Positions 18,401 to 25,918 of a stretch of DNA of 64,000 nucleotides are shown here, one piece after another. Within the stretch, counting starts at the first letter, position 1. Every line of letters starts with the position of its first letter. The DNA comes from an uncultured Alphaproteobacteria bacterium (GTDB lineage: Bacteria > Pseudomonadota > Alphaproteobacteria > CAAHEQ01 > UBA3637), in the NCBI GenBank assembly GCA_944391565.1, contig CALXUB010000025.1, forward strand, positions 4,113-68,112, in the 5' to 3' direction. The notes under the pieces were generated by a model. The model had not been told where the DNA came from. It saw only the letters and a list, made by a program, of their open reading frames with translations, and did not search any database. The position numbers and the translations under genes are program-made.

Positions 18401-19188
18401 TTATTGACAGCCACTGCCATTTAAGCTTTGAAACATATGACGAGGAAAGAGAACGTATCATACAAGCCGCTCGTTCCCAAAACGTCGGCTTAATTCTGAA
18501 TGTTGCTACCGAACCGAAAGAATATGCTGATATGATAGGAGTTATTGAGAAATATCCTTTTATTTATGGAGCTTATGGCATTCATCCGGAATCCGTCGAA
18601 CCGGAAAATATGATTACATTGCCAGATTTGTTGCAATCACTGCATCATTTAAAAATTATCGGAGTCGGAGAAACAGGCTTGGATTATCATTATGAGAATG
18701 TTGACCGAAAATATCAGCAGGAGTCATTTATGATTCACATTGAAGCTGCTCGTCAAACGGATATGCCGTTGATTATTCATACGCGAGATGCTGATGCTGA
18801 CCTGAAAGCAATTTTAAAAGAACAGATGATTTACAAACCTTTTAAAGGCGTGATTCATTGTTTTTCTTCATCAGAAGCGCTGGCAAAAACGGCTTTGGAT
18901 TTGGGACTTTATATTTCGGTTTCAGGTATCATTACCTTTAAAAAGTCGGAAGAATTAAGAACAATTGTTAAAAAACTGCCTTTAAATCGGCTGTTGGTTG
19001 AAACGGATGCTCCTTTTTTGGCTCCGGTTCCCTATCGAGGAAAAAGAAATGAGCCGGCCTATGTCATAGAAACTTTTAAAGCTCTGGCACAGCTTAAAGC
19101 AGTTCCGGAAGATGTGTTGGAGAACCAGTTAATGAGCAATTTCAAACATCTGTTTAAAAATAAGTTGGGAAAGGAACTGCCTATATGA
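18397..19188 (+). CDS. tatD: TatD family metal-dependent hydrolase
   Basis: IDSHCHL, GETGLDYHY, IHTRDA, ETDAPFL motifs. Confidence 0.9.
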   Translation: MIIDSHCHLSFETYDEERERIIQAARSQNVGLILNVATEPKEYADMIGVIEKYPFIYGAYGIHPESVEPENMITLPDLLQSLHHLKIIGVGETGLDYHYENVDRKYQQESFMIHIEAARQTDMPLIIHTRDADADLKAILKEQMIYKPFKGVIHCFSSSEALAKTALDLGLYISVSGIITFKKSEELRTIVKKLPLNRLLVETDAPFLAPVPYRGKRNEPAYVIETFKALAQLKAVPEDVLENQLMSNFKHLFKNKLGKELPI

Positions 19189-19955
19189 AAATTCGAATTT
19201 TAGGCTGTGGTCCCAGTTATGGCCTTCCCAACGGATGCAGAGGGTTTGGTGATTGCGATCCGCATGAGCTCAAAAATTGGCGGACACGAAGCGGAATAAT
19301 AATAGAAGAGGGTGATGCAACAATCTTGGTTGATACGCCTCCTGAAGTGCGTATGCAGCTTTTTCAAGCAAATGTTTGTAAAATAGATGCTGTTCTTTGG
19401 ACACATTTGCATGCTGATCATACGGCTGGCATTGATGATGTTAAGTGCTATGCTGTTGATAAACAGATGACTATTCCGGCTTATTTGAATGAAGAAGATG
19501 TTGAAGAGTTTAAACAAAGATTTTATTTTTATTTAAATCCAATGGCTTACATCGGACAACAGTATCCGACATTTGAATTGCATTCAGTTCATCCTTTTGA
19601 AGCTTTTACAATCAAAGATATCTCTTTTTTGCCGATTTTGCAGCATCATGGCGACGGAAAAAGTCTGGGCTTCAGAGTAGGTGACTTTGCTTACAATACA
19701 GATGTTGATGAGCTTACAGATGAGGGATTTGAAGCATTGAAGGGCATTAAAACATGGATTTTGGGTTGTGTGACACGAACCGAAAATCACAAGCATTTAT
19801 ATTTGGCAAAAGCTTTGAAATGGATTGAACGTGTTCAGCCTCAACAAGCTTTTCTGACACATATGGGGGCTAAAATGGACTATGCAGCGCTTTGTCGAGA
19901 ATTACCGCCATCCATTCGTCCTTGCTATGATGGAATGGAAATTGAACTTAAATAA
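19185..19955 (+). CDS. MBL-fold metallo-hydrolase (PhnP-like)
   Basis: HxHxDH motif in WTHLHADHTAGIDD. Small size and position after tatD are typical of alphaproteobacteria. Confidence 0.85.
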   Translation: MKIRILGCGPSYGLPNGCRGFGDCDPHELKNWRTRSGIIIEEGDATILVDTPPEVRMQLFQANVCKIDAVLWTHLHADHTAGIDDVKCYAVDKQMTIPAYLNEEDVEEFKQRFYFYLNPMAYIGQQYPTFELHSVHPFEAFTIKDISFLPILQHHGDGKSLGFRVGDFAYNTDVDELTDEGFEALKGIKTWILGCVTRTENHKHLYLAKALKWIERVQPQQAFLTHMGAKMDYAALCRELPPSIRPCYDGMEIELK

Positions 19956-19966
19956 GCGGGTATCTT

Positions 19967-20209
19967 TTATTTTGTTTTCCGTCTTCTCAATGGAATAAAA
20001 TCACCAGCCAAAACTCGCTCAATATCGCGCTCTAAGTCAGATTCAAGCGACAAGCCAAGTTCTGACAAAAACGACCGAACATTACTGACAAAATCCAACG
20101 AACGGCGCAAAAGTTTTTCCTGCCTAAAAGCAAAATAACGCCAACTTTCGATACACTCATTTAACAATTCAATTTCTAATTGTTTTTTTAAATAATTGTT
20201 TTTTCTCAT
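19967..20209 (-). CDS. small hypothetical protein (80 aa)
   Basis: The ORF is open to 20251. The ATG at 20209 (MRKNNYLKKQ...) has an AGGAG about 14 nt upstream. No family recognised. Confidence 0.4.
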   Translation of the reverse strand: MRKNNYLKKQLEIELLNECIESWRYFAFRQEKLLRRSLDFVSNVRSFLSELGLSLESDLERDIERVLAGDFIPLRRRKTK

Positions 20210-20306
20210 TTTTTTAAAACTCCTGTATACATAATATAAATTATGCGACAATTATATAAGATAAAAAGGGTGAACTTCCCTTTTAATTCAAATAGTTAAT
20301 TAAGGT

Positions 20307-20327
20307 TGTGGATAACTTTGTGGATTA
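20307..20327 (-). promoter_or_regulatory. two tandem DnaA boxes (TGTGGATAA, TGTGGATTA on the + strand)
   Basis: 20307-20315 is the perfect complement of TTATCCACA. 20319-20327 has one mismatch. Both have the same orientation and lie 3 nt apart, in a 470-bp AT-rich intergenic region. Confidence 0.45.
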
Positions 20328-20445
20328 TTTAAAAAGATTGCTCACTAAAACCATCGAATTTAAAATTGAAGCAATTTTTAAAGCAGCAACTTAAAGAAAA
20401 AAATAAAACAAACAACCTTCTCCGAAATTTCCAGATGATTACCAC

Positions 20446-20473
20446 TTGACTATTTATCTTTTTTCTTTAAAAT
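20446..20473 (+). promoter_or_regulatory. sigma70-like promoter (TTGACT-16-TAAAAT)
   Basis: TTGACT 20446-20451, 16-nt spacer, TAAAAT 20468-20473. The predicted start is near G20481, about 200 nt upstream of the ATG at 20682. Confidence 0.5.
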
Positions 20474-20480
20474 AAAATTT

Positions 20481-20668
20481 GAAGTGAGTGATTCTCACTT
20501 TGGGGTGTGGAAACCCTCAAAGAGCGCAAGCAAATGCGATAATTTTGCATACCTTTTAGTCATACACGACTGGAAGGTGTCAAAATAAGTCCAGTCATGG
20601 TCGAATATGACGCACTACCTCTTTGTAGTTTCCAACTTCCAGTCGCCTCTCATCATGGCGCTTTTTTT
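20481..20668 (+). ncRNA. candidate structured 5' leader / cis-regulatory RNA (unclassified)
   Basis: Hairpin AAGTGAG/CTCACTT (20482-20500). Long-range helices GGAAAC 20509-14/GTTTCC 20628-33 and CAAAGAG 20518-24/CTCTTTG 20619-25. CGACTGGAAG (20567-76) can pair either with TCCAGTC (20590-96) or perfectly with CTTCCAGTCG (20636-45). Ends in CGCC-N9-GGCG plus T7 (20644-68). Confidence 0.35.
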
Positions 20669-20681
20669 ATGAGAAAAAAAC

Positions 20682-21239
20682 ATGTTTCAAAAAGGAAGAA
20701 CTTTACTAGAGATGCTGGCTGTCTTAGCTATCTTCGGAACGTTATCGATTGGTGCTTTTTCTGCGATTCAATGGGCTTTAGCCAAAGTCAAGGCAAATGA
20801 GATTATTAATCATGTTTATATGCTTGAATTAGCAGCACTTGACACCCCTCACCTTTATGAAATGCAATCTGGAGAGTTGACTTTAACTGAAACTGAACAG
20901 TTTTCTCGAAAAGACTATTTTTTTCGTGTTTTTTCCAAAGATTCAAAAGTTTTTCACATTGACGTATTTTCCATTTCTCCTCGCATATGCCGCTTATTGT
21001 TAGAAGTGGCGAAAGAAAATGAGTTGGTTCTGGCCGTCAATGATGTTCGTTATATAAGAGAAAATATTTGCACAAAAGACAACAATACAGTGGCGTTTTA
21101 TTTTAGCAAATTTCAGGACAAAATTGAAAATATCTGTATTCCAGACTGCTTGGATGAACAGATGTGTTGTGCCGGCAGTTGTCATATGATTCAAACCCCT
21201 GTGGTTCTGATCCCTGTAATCTACAAGGAGAGTGTATAG
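20682..21239 (+). CDS. prepilin-type N-terminal domain protein (probably the 5' part of a frameshifted gene)
   Basis: MFQKG|RTLLEMLAVLAIFGTLSIGAF has the class III signal layout: Gly at -1, Glu at +5, and a hydrophobic helix. The last ~25 codons turn Cys-rich before TAG at 21237. Confidence 0.6.
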   Translation: MFQKGRTLLEMLAVLAIFGTLSIGAFSAIQWALAKVKANEIINHVYMLELAALDTPHLYEMQSGELTLTETEQFSRKDYFFRVFSKDSKVFHIDVFSISPRICRLLLEVAKENELVLAVNDVRYIRENICTKDNNTVAFYFSKFQDKIENICIPDCLDEQMCCAGSCHMIQTPVVLIPVIYKESV

Positions 21240-22036
21240 ATACCGGCCTTTGTGATCCAAATGTTTGTAAACAATTTCCAGATGGTTTAACTTCATCAAC
21301 TTATTTTCATTCAGGATGGGATACCGGATGCCGATTTGACAACCAGCGTTCAGATGGAGATGTTATTTTTTGCAAACGTGCTTCAACGACACAATGGTCA
21401 TGTTATTTAAGTCAGGCTCCGACTTATGGCGGGACACTTTGCGGAACTTGCGATATACCTCCCTGCTCTGACTGTTTAAACAAAAACGTTTGTGAATTAA
21501 TGTCGGTCGGTATGTACGAAGACGAAAATGGGTATTGCTGTAAAGATTTTGAAAAAGGAACTCTCTGTCGAAGAAAAACATATCATCCAGCTTTACTTGT
21601 TGAAAATGGAGTTTATTATGAATGCGGTATTAGTGTGAACTGGAATACCGGTTATACGGCTGTGGGAGATTGTTTCCCTGTTGATTGTATTGATGGCTTT
21701 ACGTGGCAACGTCTTCCTGCCTACAATACCAACCCTTATTACGGTTGCGTTAATGCTTCAAAAGATATGTGGTATTATCGTATTAACTCAACTTATTCGT
21801 ATGTGACATCAGCAGGAGCATGTGGTAATAACTGTCAAAAAGACAGAACCGGTTGTTCACCCTATTTTCAAGAAGCTTGCGCGCCAATAGACGCAGAAAC
21901 AGGTAAAAGAACGTGCATTTACGGAAAAGCAGTTACTGACACGTGTGTTTGTCTGACAGATAGAACATTGCCTGTTGGCACATTGTGCTGTGCTACGGGA
22001 CAAACCAATATCAACGGGGTTTGTGTTGCTTTGTGA
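21164..22036 (+). CDS. cysteine-rich (EGF-like spacing) domain, probable 3' continuation of 20682-21239
   Basis: The frame is open from 21158. There is no ATG or RBS; the listed start is GTG. About 31 Cys in 290 aa (NPCGSDPCNLQGECIDTGLCDPNVC...). Overlaps the previous ORF by 76 nt in a different frame. Confidence 0.55.
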   Translation: MLCRQLSYDSNPCGSDPCNLQGECIDTGLCDPNVCKQFPDGLTSSTYFHSGWDTGCRFDNQRSDGDVIFCKRASTTQWSCYLSQAPTYGGTLCGTCDIPPCSDCLNKNVCELMSVGMYEDENGYCCKDFEKGTLCRRKTYHPALLVENGVYYECGISVNWNTGYTAVGDCFPVDCIDGFTWQRLPAYNTNPYYGCVNASKDMWYYRINSTYSYVTSAGACGNNCQKDRTGCSPYFQEACAPIDAETGKRTCIYGKAVTDTCVCLTDRTLPVGTLCCATGQTNINGVCVAL

Positions 22037-22138
22037 CTTTTGCATTTATGACAAAATCATGATAGATGTGATTTTCTATTGACAATTTCAGGGGCTTGTG
22101 GCACTTTCAAGATATCAATAATCAAAGAGAGGAATAAA

Positions 22139-22417
22139 ATGACAAAATCTGAGTTAATTGAACGCATCTCAAAAGCAAATCCACATCTTTATCACACAGA
22201 TGTTGAAAGAATTGTGACAACGATTTTCAGTGAAATTTCAAATGCTTTGTCGGCTGGAAATCGTGTCGAGCTGCGTGGTTTCGGTATTTTTTCCGTTCGG
22301 ACGCGTAAACCGCGTAAGGCGCGTAATCCAAAAACCGGTGCTTCGGTCAGCGTGGGAGAAAAGCATGTGCCTTTTTTCAAAGCTGGTAAAATGTTGAGAA
22401 AACGGATTAATAATTAA
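22139..22417 (+). CDS. ihfB: integration host factor subunit beta
   Basis: [10 protein letters not shown]...[26 protein letters not shown]...V...[10 protein letters not shown], the HU/IHF family with IHF-beta-type sequence. AGAGAGGAA RBS before the ATG at 22139. Confidence 0.9.
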   Translation: MTKSELIERISKANPHLYHTDVERIVTTIFSEISNALSAGNRVELRGFGIFSVRTRKPRKARNPKTGASVSVGEKHVPFFKAGKMLRKRINN

Positions 22418-22428
22418 GGAATACGGTC

Positions 22429-23286
22429 ATGAATTGGCTGACTAACTATGTTCGACCGAAAATCAGTAAACTGGTTCCGAAAAAAGAAATTCCCGATAAC
22501 TTATGGACACAATGTCCTAAGTGCGAAAAAATGATTTTTCACAAGGAATTAGAGGAAAATACTTTTATTTGTCCGAATTGCGATTATCACTTTAAACTGG
22601 CTCCTTTAAAGCGGCTTGAAATGCTTTTCGATGGAGGACATTATGCCCTTATCCAACTGCCGGAAGTGAAAGAAGACCCTTTAGGTTTCGTTGATTTAAA
22701 AAAATATACAGACCGTTTAAAAGATGCCCGTAAAAAGACAAAACAGCAAGATGCTATTTTGGTTGCACATGGTCTGATCGGTGGTTTTCCCGCAGTTGTT
22801 GGCATTTTTGATTTTTCTTTTATGGGCGGTTCTATGGGAACGGCAGTCGGAGAAGCCATTATCGCAGCAGCGAATCTTGCTTCTTTACAACAAGCTGCTT
22901 TGATTCTGATACCGGCTTCCGGTGGTGCACGTATGCAGGAAGGGATGCTTTCACTTATGCAGATGCCTCGAACAACTCTGGCTGTCAAGCTGTTAAAAGA
23001 AAAAAAACTCCCTTATATTACCCTTTTGACTAATCCGACAACCGGAGGTGTGACAGCTTCCTTTGCCATGTTGGGTGATGTTGCTTTGGCTGAACCGGAT
23101 TCAACAATTGCTTTTGCCGGGGCGCGCGTCATTGAACAAACTATTCGTGAGAAGCTGCCGGAAGGTTTCCAAAAATCTGAGTATTTGATGAAACACGGCA
23201 TGATTGATGCTGTGGTTGACAGACGGCAAATACGGGATGAATTGATTAAAATTTTGGGCTTATTGATGGTCCCCAAAACAAAATAA
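22429..23286 (+). CDS. accD: acetyl-CoA carboxylase carboxyltransferase subunit beta
   Basis: N-terminal Zn ribbon CPKC...CPNC and MGGSMG motif. 285 aa. Confidence 0.92.
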   Translation: MNWLTNYVRPKISKLVPKKEIPDNLWTQCPKCEKMIFHKELEENTFICPNCDYHFKLAPLKRLEMLFDGGHYALIQLPEVKEDPLGFVDLKKYTDRLKDARKKTKQQDAILVAHGLIGGFPAVVGIFDFSFMGGSMGTAVGEAIIAAANLASLQQAALILIPASGGARMQEGMLSLMQMPRTTLAVKLLKEKKLPYITLLTNPTTGGVTASFAMLGDVALAEPDSTIAFAGARVIEQTIREKLPEGFQKSEYLMKHGMIDAVVDRRQIRDELIKILGLLMVPKTK

Positions 23287-23366
23287 GACGCATGAGCTCT
23301 TTACGAGTGATCATTTGGGGACTATCTGTTATATTGAGTTCTGTTCAAATATGTTTGGGGGAAACA

Positions 23367-23831
23367 ATGATTATCACAAGTACTGGAATTGTCAATGGCG
23401 TTATTGATGATAAATACGGTAAACGAGGAAGTCAGTTTTTAAATCAAATGCCGACTTATTCCCTGCCCTTTCAAATTGTTGATGCACCGAAAGAAACAAA
23501 AACTTTTGCTTTTGTTCTAGACGATCCGGATGCGATACCTGTTGCCGGTTTCACATGGGTTCATTGGTCAGGGGCAAACTTAACGCGTTCTGCATTGGCC
23601 GAAAATGAAAGTATAAGTGCGGCTGATTTTATTCAGGGAGAGAACAGTTGGGGAGTTAACATGTACGGAGGAATGGCACCTCCGAATGCACCGCATCAAT
23701 ATAATTTGCATGTTTATGCTTTAGATACGAAGCTTCCATTAAAAACCGGCTTTACACCAAAAGAATTGCATGATGCCATGAAGGGCCACATATTGGGACA
23801 GGCAGTTCTTTCGGGAACTTATGCCAATTAA
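23367..23831 (+). CDS. YbhB/YbcL family Raf kinase inhibitor-like (PEBP) protein
   Basis: DDPDA, WVHW, and PP...HQYNLHVYALD motifs. The ATG at 23367 has GGGGGA upstream. An alternative start at 23292 would add a signal-peptide-like N-terminus. Confidence 0.8.
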   Translation: MIITSTGIVNGVIDDKYGKRGSQFLNQMPTYSLPFQIVDAPKETKTFAFVLDDPDAIPVAGFTWVHWSGANLTRSALAENESISAADFIQGENSWGVNMYGGMAPPNAPHQYNLHVYALDTKLPLKTGFTPKELHDAMKGHILGQAVLSGTYAN

Positions 23832-23995
23832 CGTGTTTTCCCTTGATCAGGGTGTGGATTATTGCGTGTTGATCTGGTTTTTGTCCGTGTTTTAGGTTTC
23901 ATTTGCGCCAGCTGACTTAAGCTCATTAAAAAATTTAACGGATTACGCATCATATCTTCAAAAATACGTTGTTCTACAGCTATTTTTTTTGTCAT
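23828..23995 (-). CDS. small hypothetical protein (55 aa, basic C-terminus)
   Basis: The ATG at 23995 is preceded by AAAAGGAGAAAAGG and lies directly downstream of spmB on the same strand. No family recognised. Confidence 0.3.
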   Translation of the reverse strand: MTKKIAVEQRIFEDMMRNPLNFLMSLSQLAQMKPKTRTKTRSTRNNPHPDQGKTR

Positions 23996-24042
23996 CCTTT
24001 TCTCCTTTTGAAGCAAAAGGATAGTTCTTTTTTTCTTAAAAG

Positions 24043-24567
24043 TCAATAAAAGAATAGCTTTGAAACGAATAAAGCCACTAAAATGCCTGTCAAATCCGCA
24101 ACAATACCCGCTGCAACGGCATGTCGAAATTTTTTCACGCCTACTGCACCGAAATAAACAGATAAAACATAAAAAGTTGTTTCTGAACTGCCCAACATAA
24201 CCGCGGCTGTTTTTGTCACCGGATCATTATCTCCGTATGTTGCTGCAATTTGAGCAAAAATCCCCCTGGCCCCGCTGCCGGACAATGAGCGTGTTATTGC
24301 TAACGGCAAAAGATCCGCCGGCATACCGATTATTTCTAATACCGGCTCAAAAGCCAAAGCCAGCAGATCAATGGCTCCGCTGGCCCGAAACATTGCAACA
24401 GCAACCATCATCGCAACCAAATAAGGAATAATGCGAATGGAAATATCAAATCCCTCTTTAGCTCCTTCCGTAAAGGCTTCATAAACCGGAACCTTATGCC
24501 AAGCGCCATAAGCAACAAAAAAGGCAACCAACAACGGAATAATCGCTAAAGAACAGCTTTCTATCAT
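24043..24567 (-). CDS. spmB: SpmB-like nucleoside-recognition (Gate) domain membrane protein
   Basis: Polytopic membrane protein paired with, and overlapping by 4 nt, an upstream SpmA-like gene, as in spmAB operons. Confidence 0.75.
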   Translation of the reverse strand: MIESCSLAIIPLLVAFFVAYGAWHKVPVYEAFTEGAKEGFDISIRIIPYLVAMMVAVAMFRASGAIDLLALAFEPVLEIIGMPADLLPLAITRSLSGSGARGIFAQIAATYGDNDPVTKTAAVMLGSSETTFYVLSVYFGAVGVKKFRHAVAAGIVADLTGILVALFVSKLFFY

Positions 24568-25163
24568 TTCTTTTTCCCCGGATTAGGAGATAATTTAATC
24601 AAACATTTCACAAAAATTACACCGATGCAAAGGGCCGAAAAAGTGGTAATCAGCGTTGGCAAAAGAATTTCGCCCGGATTCTCACTTCCGACGGCCATCA
24701 AAATAGCAATAGCAGATACTGGTATAAGCTGAACACCGGCCGTATTGATTGTTAAAAAGGTGCACATATCATCTGAAGCCGTGTCAGGTTTGTTTGGATT
24801 AAGACGTTTTAAACCTTCCATCGCTTTAATACCAAAAGGTGTTGCAGCGTTGCCGAGACCCAATGCATTGGCTGAGATATTTAAGGCAATATCTGCCTGA
24901 ACGGGATCGTTTTTTGGAACGCCTGGAAACAAACGCTTTAATAACGGAGATAAAAAATGCGCAATACAATCAATCATGCCCGATTGTTGAGCAATTCGCA
25001 TCAACCCAAGCCATAAAGCCATAATTCCGACTAAACCGATACAAATGGTGACTGCTGATTGTGCGGATGAAAGTATTGCATTAGAAACATCTCCTATCTT
25101 TCCGTTAAATATGGAAATAATAACAGAAGATAGTATAAAAAAGAGCCAAATCCAATTCATCAT
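24564..25163 (-). CDS. spmA: SpmA-like nucleoside-recognition (Gate) domain membrane protein
   Basis: IGLVGIMALWLGLMRIA..SG and NISANALGLGNAATPFGIKAM match B. subtilis SpmA motifs as I recall them. Confidence 0.8.
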   Translation of the reverse strand: MMNWIWLFFILSSVIISIFNGKIGDVSNAILSSAQSAVTICIGLVGIMALWLGLMRIAQQSGMIDCIAHFLSPLLKRLFPGVPKNDPVQADIALNISANALGLGNAATPFGIKAMEGLKRLNPNKPDTASDDMCTFLTINTAGVQLIPVSAIAILMAVGSENPGEILLPTLITTFSALCIGVIFVKCLIKLSPNPGKKK

Positions 25164-25219
25164 TGTTGCCTGCCTTTTTTAAATATAAAACAGAATAATA
25201 AATACTTTCTTAACATTGA

Positions 25220-25248
25220 TTGACAGAGTTTTATTTGTGACGTATAAT
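25220..25248 (+). promoter_or_regulatory. sigma70 consensus promoter (TTGACA-17-TATAAT)
   Basis: TTGACA 25220-25225, 17-nt spacer, TATAAT 25243-25248. Lies upstream of the HAD-anmK pair. Confidence 0.45.
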
Positions 25249-25279
25249 TATATTCTCTTTAACAAAAGGAGCCCTGTAA

Positions 25280-25918
25280 ATGCAGCCCACGTTAATCTTA
25301 TGGGATTGGGATAACACTCTTGTTGATACATTCGAAGCTATTTTTACAGCTCAGAATGTCATGCGAGCTTTTTACGGCATGCCTCCTTGGACAAAAGAGC
25401 AAAGCAAACAAGCCATGAACACATCGGGTCAGACTTTGATACAAGACTTGGTGGGACCACAAAAAGCTGTTGAAGCGCAACGTATTTTTTTGAAAGCTTA
25501 TGCGGATTTTGCATCACATATCCAACTCAAACCAGGCGCTTTTGAAATTCTCACTTATACTCACGAAAAGGGGTTCATCAATGTTTTGGCCAGCAATAAG
25601 GTTTCAGATCTTTTGCAAAACGAAGCTCGTTTATTAAATGTCACCTCTTTTTTTCAACGTATCATTGGTGCCGAAGAAGCGTTTCAGGATAAGCCCTCTC
25701 ATTTCTTTACGGATAAGGCAATAGAAGGTTTTACTTTTAAACGTTTAATTTGCATCGGAGATGGTTATTCGGACATGAAAATGGCTGAAAACTATTCTGA
25801 TGCGATCGGTATTTTGGTTGGAACAAACCCAGCTGATACAGAGTTTCAATCTGTGTCAGTTGATTATGCCTGTTCAACTTTATATGAACTCACAAATATC
25901 TTGGAAGGATTAAAATGA
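25280..25918 (+). CDS. HAD family hydrolase
   Basis: Motif I WDWDNTLVDT. Later SNK and GDGYSD motifs. AAGGAG RBS. Confidence 0.8.
   Translation: MQPTLILWDWDNTLVDTFEAIFTAQNVMRAFYGMPPWTKEQSKQAMNTSGQTLIQDLVGPQKAVEAQRIFLKAYADFASHIQLKPGAFEILTYTHEKGFINVLASNKVSDLLQNEARLLNVTSFFQRIIGAEEAFQDKPSHFFTDKAIEGFTFKRLICIGDGYSDMKMAENYSDAIGILVGTNPADTEFQSVSVDYACSTLYELTNILEGLK

Noticed and set aside
20252-20445. Possible chromosomal replication origin (oriC), given DnaA boxes in an AT-rich spacer
   Set aside because: Only two boxes were seen. No further DnaA-box cluster or obvious AT-rich 13-mer-like repeats are present, and there is no dnaA/dnaN/hemE/parAB context in the window. Kept only as a regulatory-site finding.
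20481-20668. Identification of the leader as 6S RNA or a c-di-GMP (GEMM) riboswitch
   Set aside because: It does not fold into the single long, irregular hairpin with central bubble expected of 6S RNA. I could not find GEMM-I/II conserved nucleotides such as the ACGCAAAGC-type core or tetraloop-receptor arrangement. Left unclassified.
21183-21199. Programmed -1 ribosomal frameshift joining the pilin-like and Cys-rich ORFs
   Set aside because: The zero-frame codons CAA ACC CCT do not form an X XXY YYZ slippery heptamer, and I see no convincing downstream stimulatory structure. A mutational or assembly 1-nt indel is the simpler explanation.
22641-22988. Long antisense or alternative-frame ORFs inside well-supported genes (for example 22641-22988 in accD, 46578-47009 in valS, 31820-32188 and 32679-32987 in aas, 40547-40912 in the autotransporter, 14172-14519 in mltB)
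   Set aside because: These are shadow ORFs within genes whose main frame carries unmistakable family motifs. There are no independent signals.
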